Shown here in pieces: positions 63,277-64,000 of a stretch of DNA of 64,000 bases. Both the position numbers and the translations under genes were made by a program. The number at the start of each line of letters is the position of its first letter. Position 1 is the first letter of the stretch. The notes below the pieces were generated by a model. It did no database searches, was not told where the DNA came from, and saw only the letters and a program-made list of their open reading frames with translations. Source of the stretch: Candidatus Methylomirabilota bacterium (GTDB lineage: Bacteria; Methylomirabilota; Methylomirabilia; Methylomirabilales; 2-02-FULL-66-22); assembly GCA_016209735.1 (NCBI GenBank), contig JACQVN010000014.1, positions 4,633 to 68,632 on the forward strand. The letters are read 5' to 3'.

Positions 63277-64000
63277 GCGGGGGCGGCAGACCAGATGGAT
63301 ACTCGTCGCGAGCGCGGCTGAATCGCGAGCCCGTAGCCGGGTCCCGCTCTCGGTGGCAATCGGCCACGAACCGGTGATTATCCAGCCTCCTCGGATCATC
63401 CCCGAGAGCAGCGCTTCCCATCCCTCCGTTGTCGTGTGGGCAAAGACGACGGAGCCTATTCCTTCATCGCGCAGGACCCGTCGGCCCTCCGCAAATGCCG
63501 CGGCCATTGTTTCTTCAAAGAAACGGCGGTCCTTTGGAGATCCATTGAAATTCTTGGTTTCATCCTGAACGGCTTCGCGCGCCTTCGGAGTCAGATCGTT
63601 TTGTGCGTCGTATGGATCCCTGAGAAGAGGATGGCCTGGCAACACGCGCTTCAACCAGACGAAGAAAAAGTCCGAGAGGTCGGAATACGGGATCGCATCG
63701 TAGTAGGGAGGATCTGTGAACCAGATTCCTGCCGCCTCGTCAGGCAAGGGAGACTCACGGGCATCAGCCAATTGCAGTTGGCCAGACCTACCCTTCGGCA
63801 GCACATCGATCACCCTTGCCATCGTGCCGAGGGTAACAGAATAGTCTCCTGCCTGGTCGCCGAAGCGCGAGGGTTCGGCAAAATCCCACAGGATCGGAAG
63901 TGCTTGACGAGTAAAGAGGTGCCGAACCTGGGTCTTGGTGTTCTCCCACTGGCAAAGGGCATTGCCAATGTCCGCGAACCGGCTCAAGGCCAGGCCTGCG

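Larger units (their letters stand above)
62187..64000 (-). pseudogene. DUF1156-type DNA methyltransferase, C-terminal two thirds, split over three reading frames (5-prime end beyond window)
   Basis: Frame 1 (64000 to about 63277): ...IWFTDPPYYDAIPYSDLSDFFFVWL (DPPY motif IV)...ATSIHLVCRPRP. Frame 2 (about 63227 to about 63050): GVGDWVEVFRELPIRVGDWMERLQSEGVRGADLVFACIRPALEIYSRYAKVVDAEE. Frame 3 (about 63050 to 62187): GIPLGGDPEAKEPHKRGYLAYVWEVVGRMALEQVLG...LLAVPRK-stop. Junction 1 coincides with a 49-nt palindrome. Junction 2 is a 1-nt frame change. Confidence 0.8.

Overview
High-GC bacterial chromosomal segment. I saw no rRNA, tRNA or CRISPR array. I support about 60 protein genes, and most are core functions in conserved operons: pfk (partial), ECF sigma/anti-sigma/DUF3106, two sigma-54 activators (one with its histidine kinase), fmt-rsmB-PASTA-rpe, pncA, an amidase, nagB, smpB, comM, rnc-smc-Roadblock-ftsY, ribD-ribE-ribBA-ribH-nusB, yceD-rpmF-plsX-fabH-fabD-fabG-acpP-fabF, ndk, sucCD, mdh, icd and der. 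Many long ORFs in the supplied track are antisense artefacts of high GC, and several real genes start well inside the listed ORF; I give revised starts. Four things are not ordinary. (1) The right-hand 7.3 kb (56.7-64.0 kb, visibly lower GC) is a single-strand defence-type island. In transcription order it holds a DUF1156-type DNA methylase (broken into three reading frames), an ABC-type ATPase plus a DUF4276/Toprim-like partner, a 211-aa orphan, and a BrxC-like DUF499 ATPase. I do not recognise this combination as a named system. (2) More than 20 intergenic spacers are occupied by hairpins built from short tandem 'words' with reverse-complement arms. At two loci the arms bracket a small gene (a four-helix-bundle/23S-IVS-type protein and a GxxExxY protein). 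At others the bracketed cargo is decayed or absent. (3) Related repeats and perfect palindromes sit inside coding sequence: a histidine kinase, the methylase and the C-terminus of a GIY-YIG gene. (4) A small accessory patch (32.2-35.0 kb) carries GIY-YIG, Uma2 and a RAYT-type transposase with its own terminal inverted repeats. All calls come from reading the sequence and from remembered family signatures. No database search was run.
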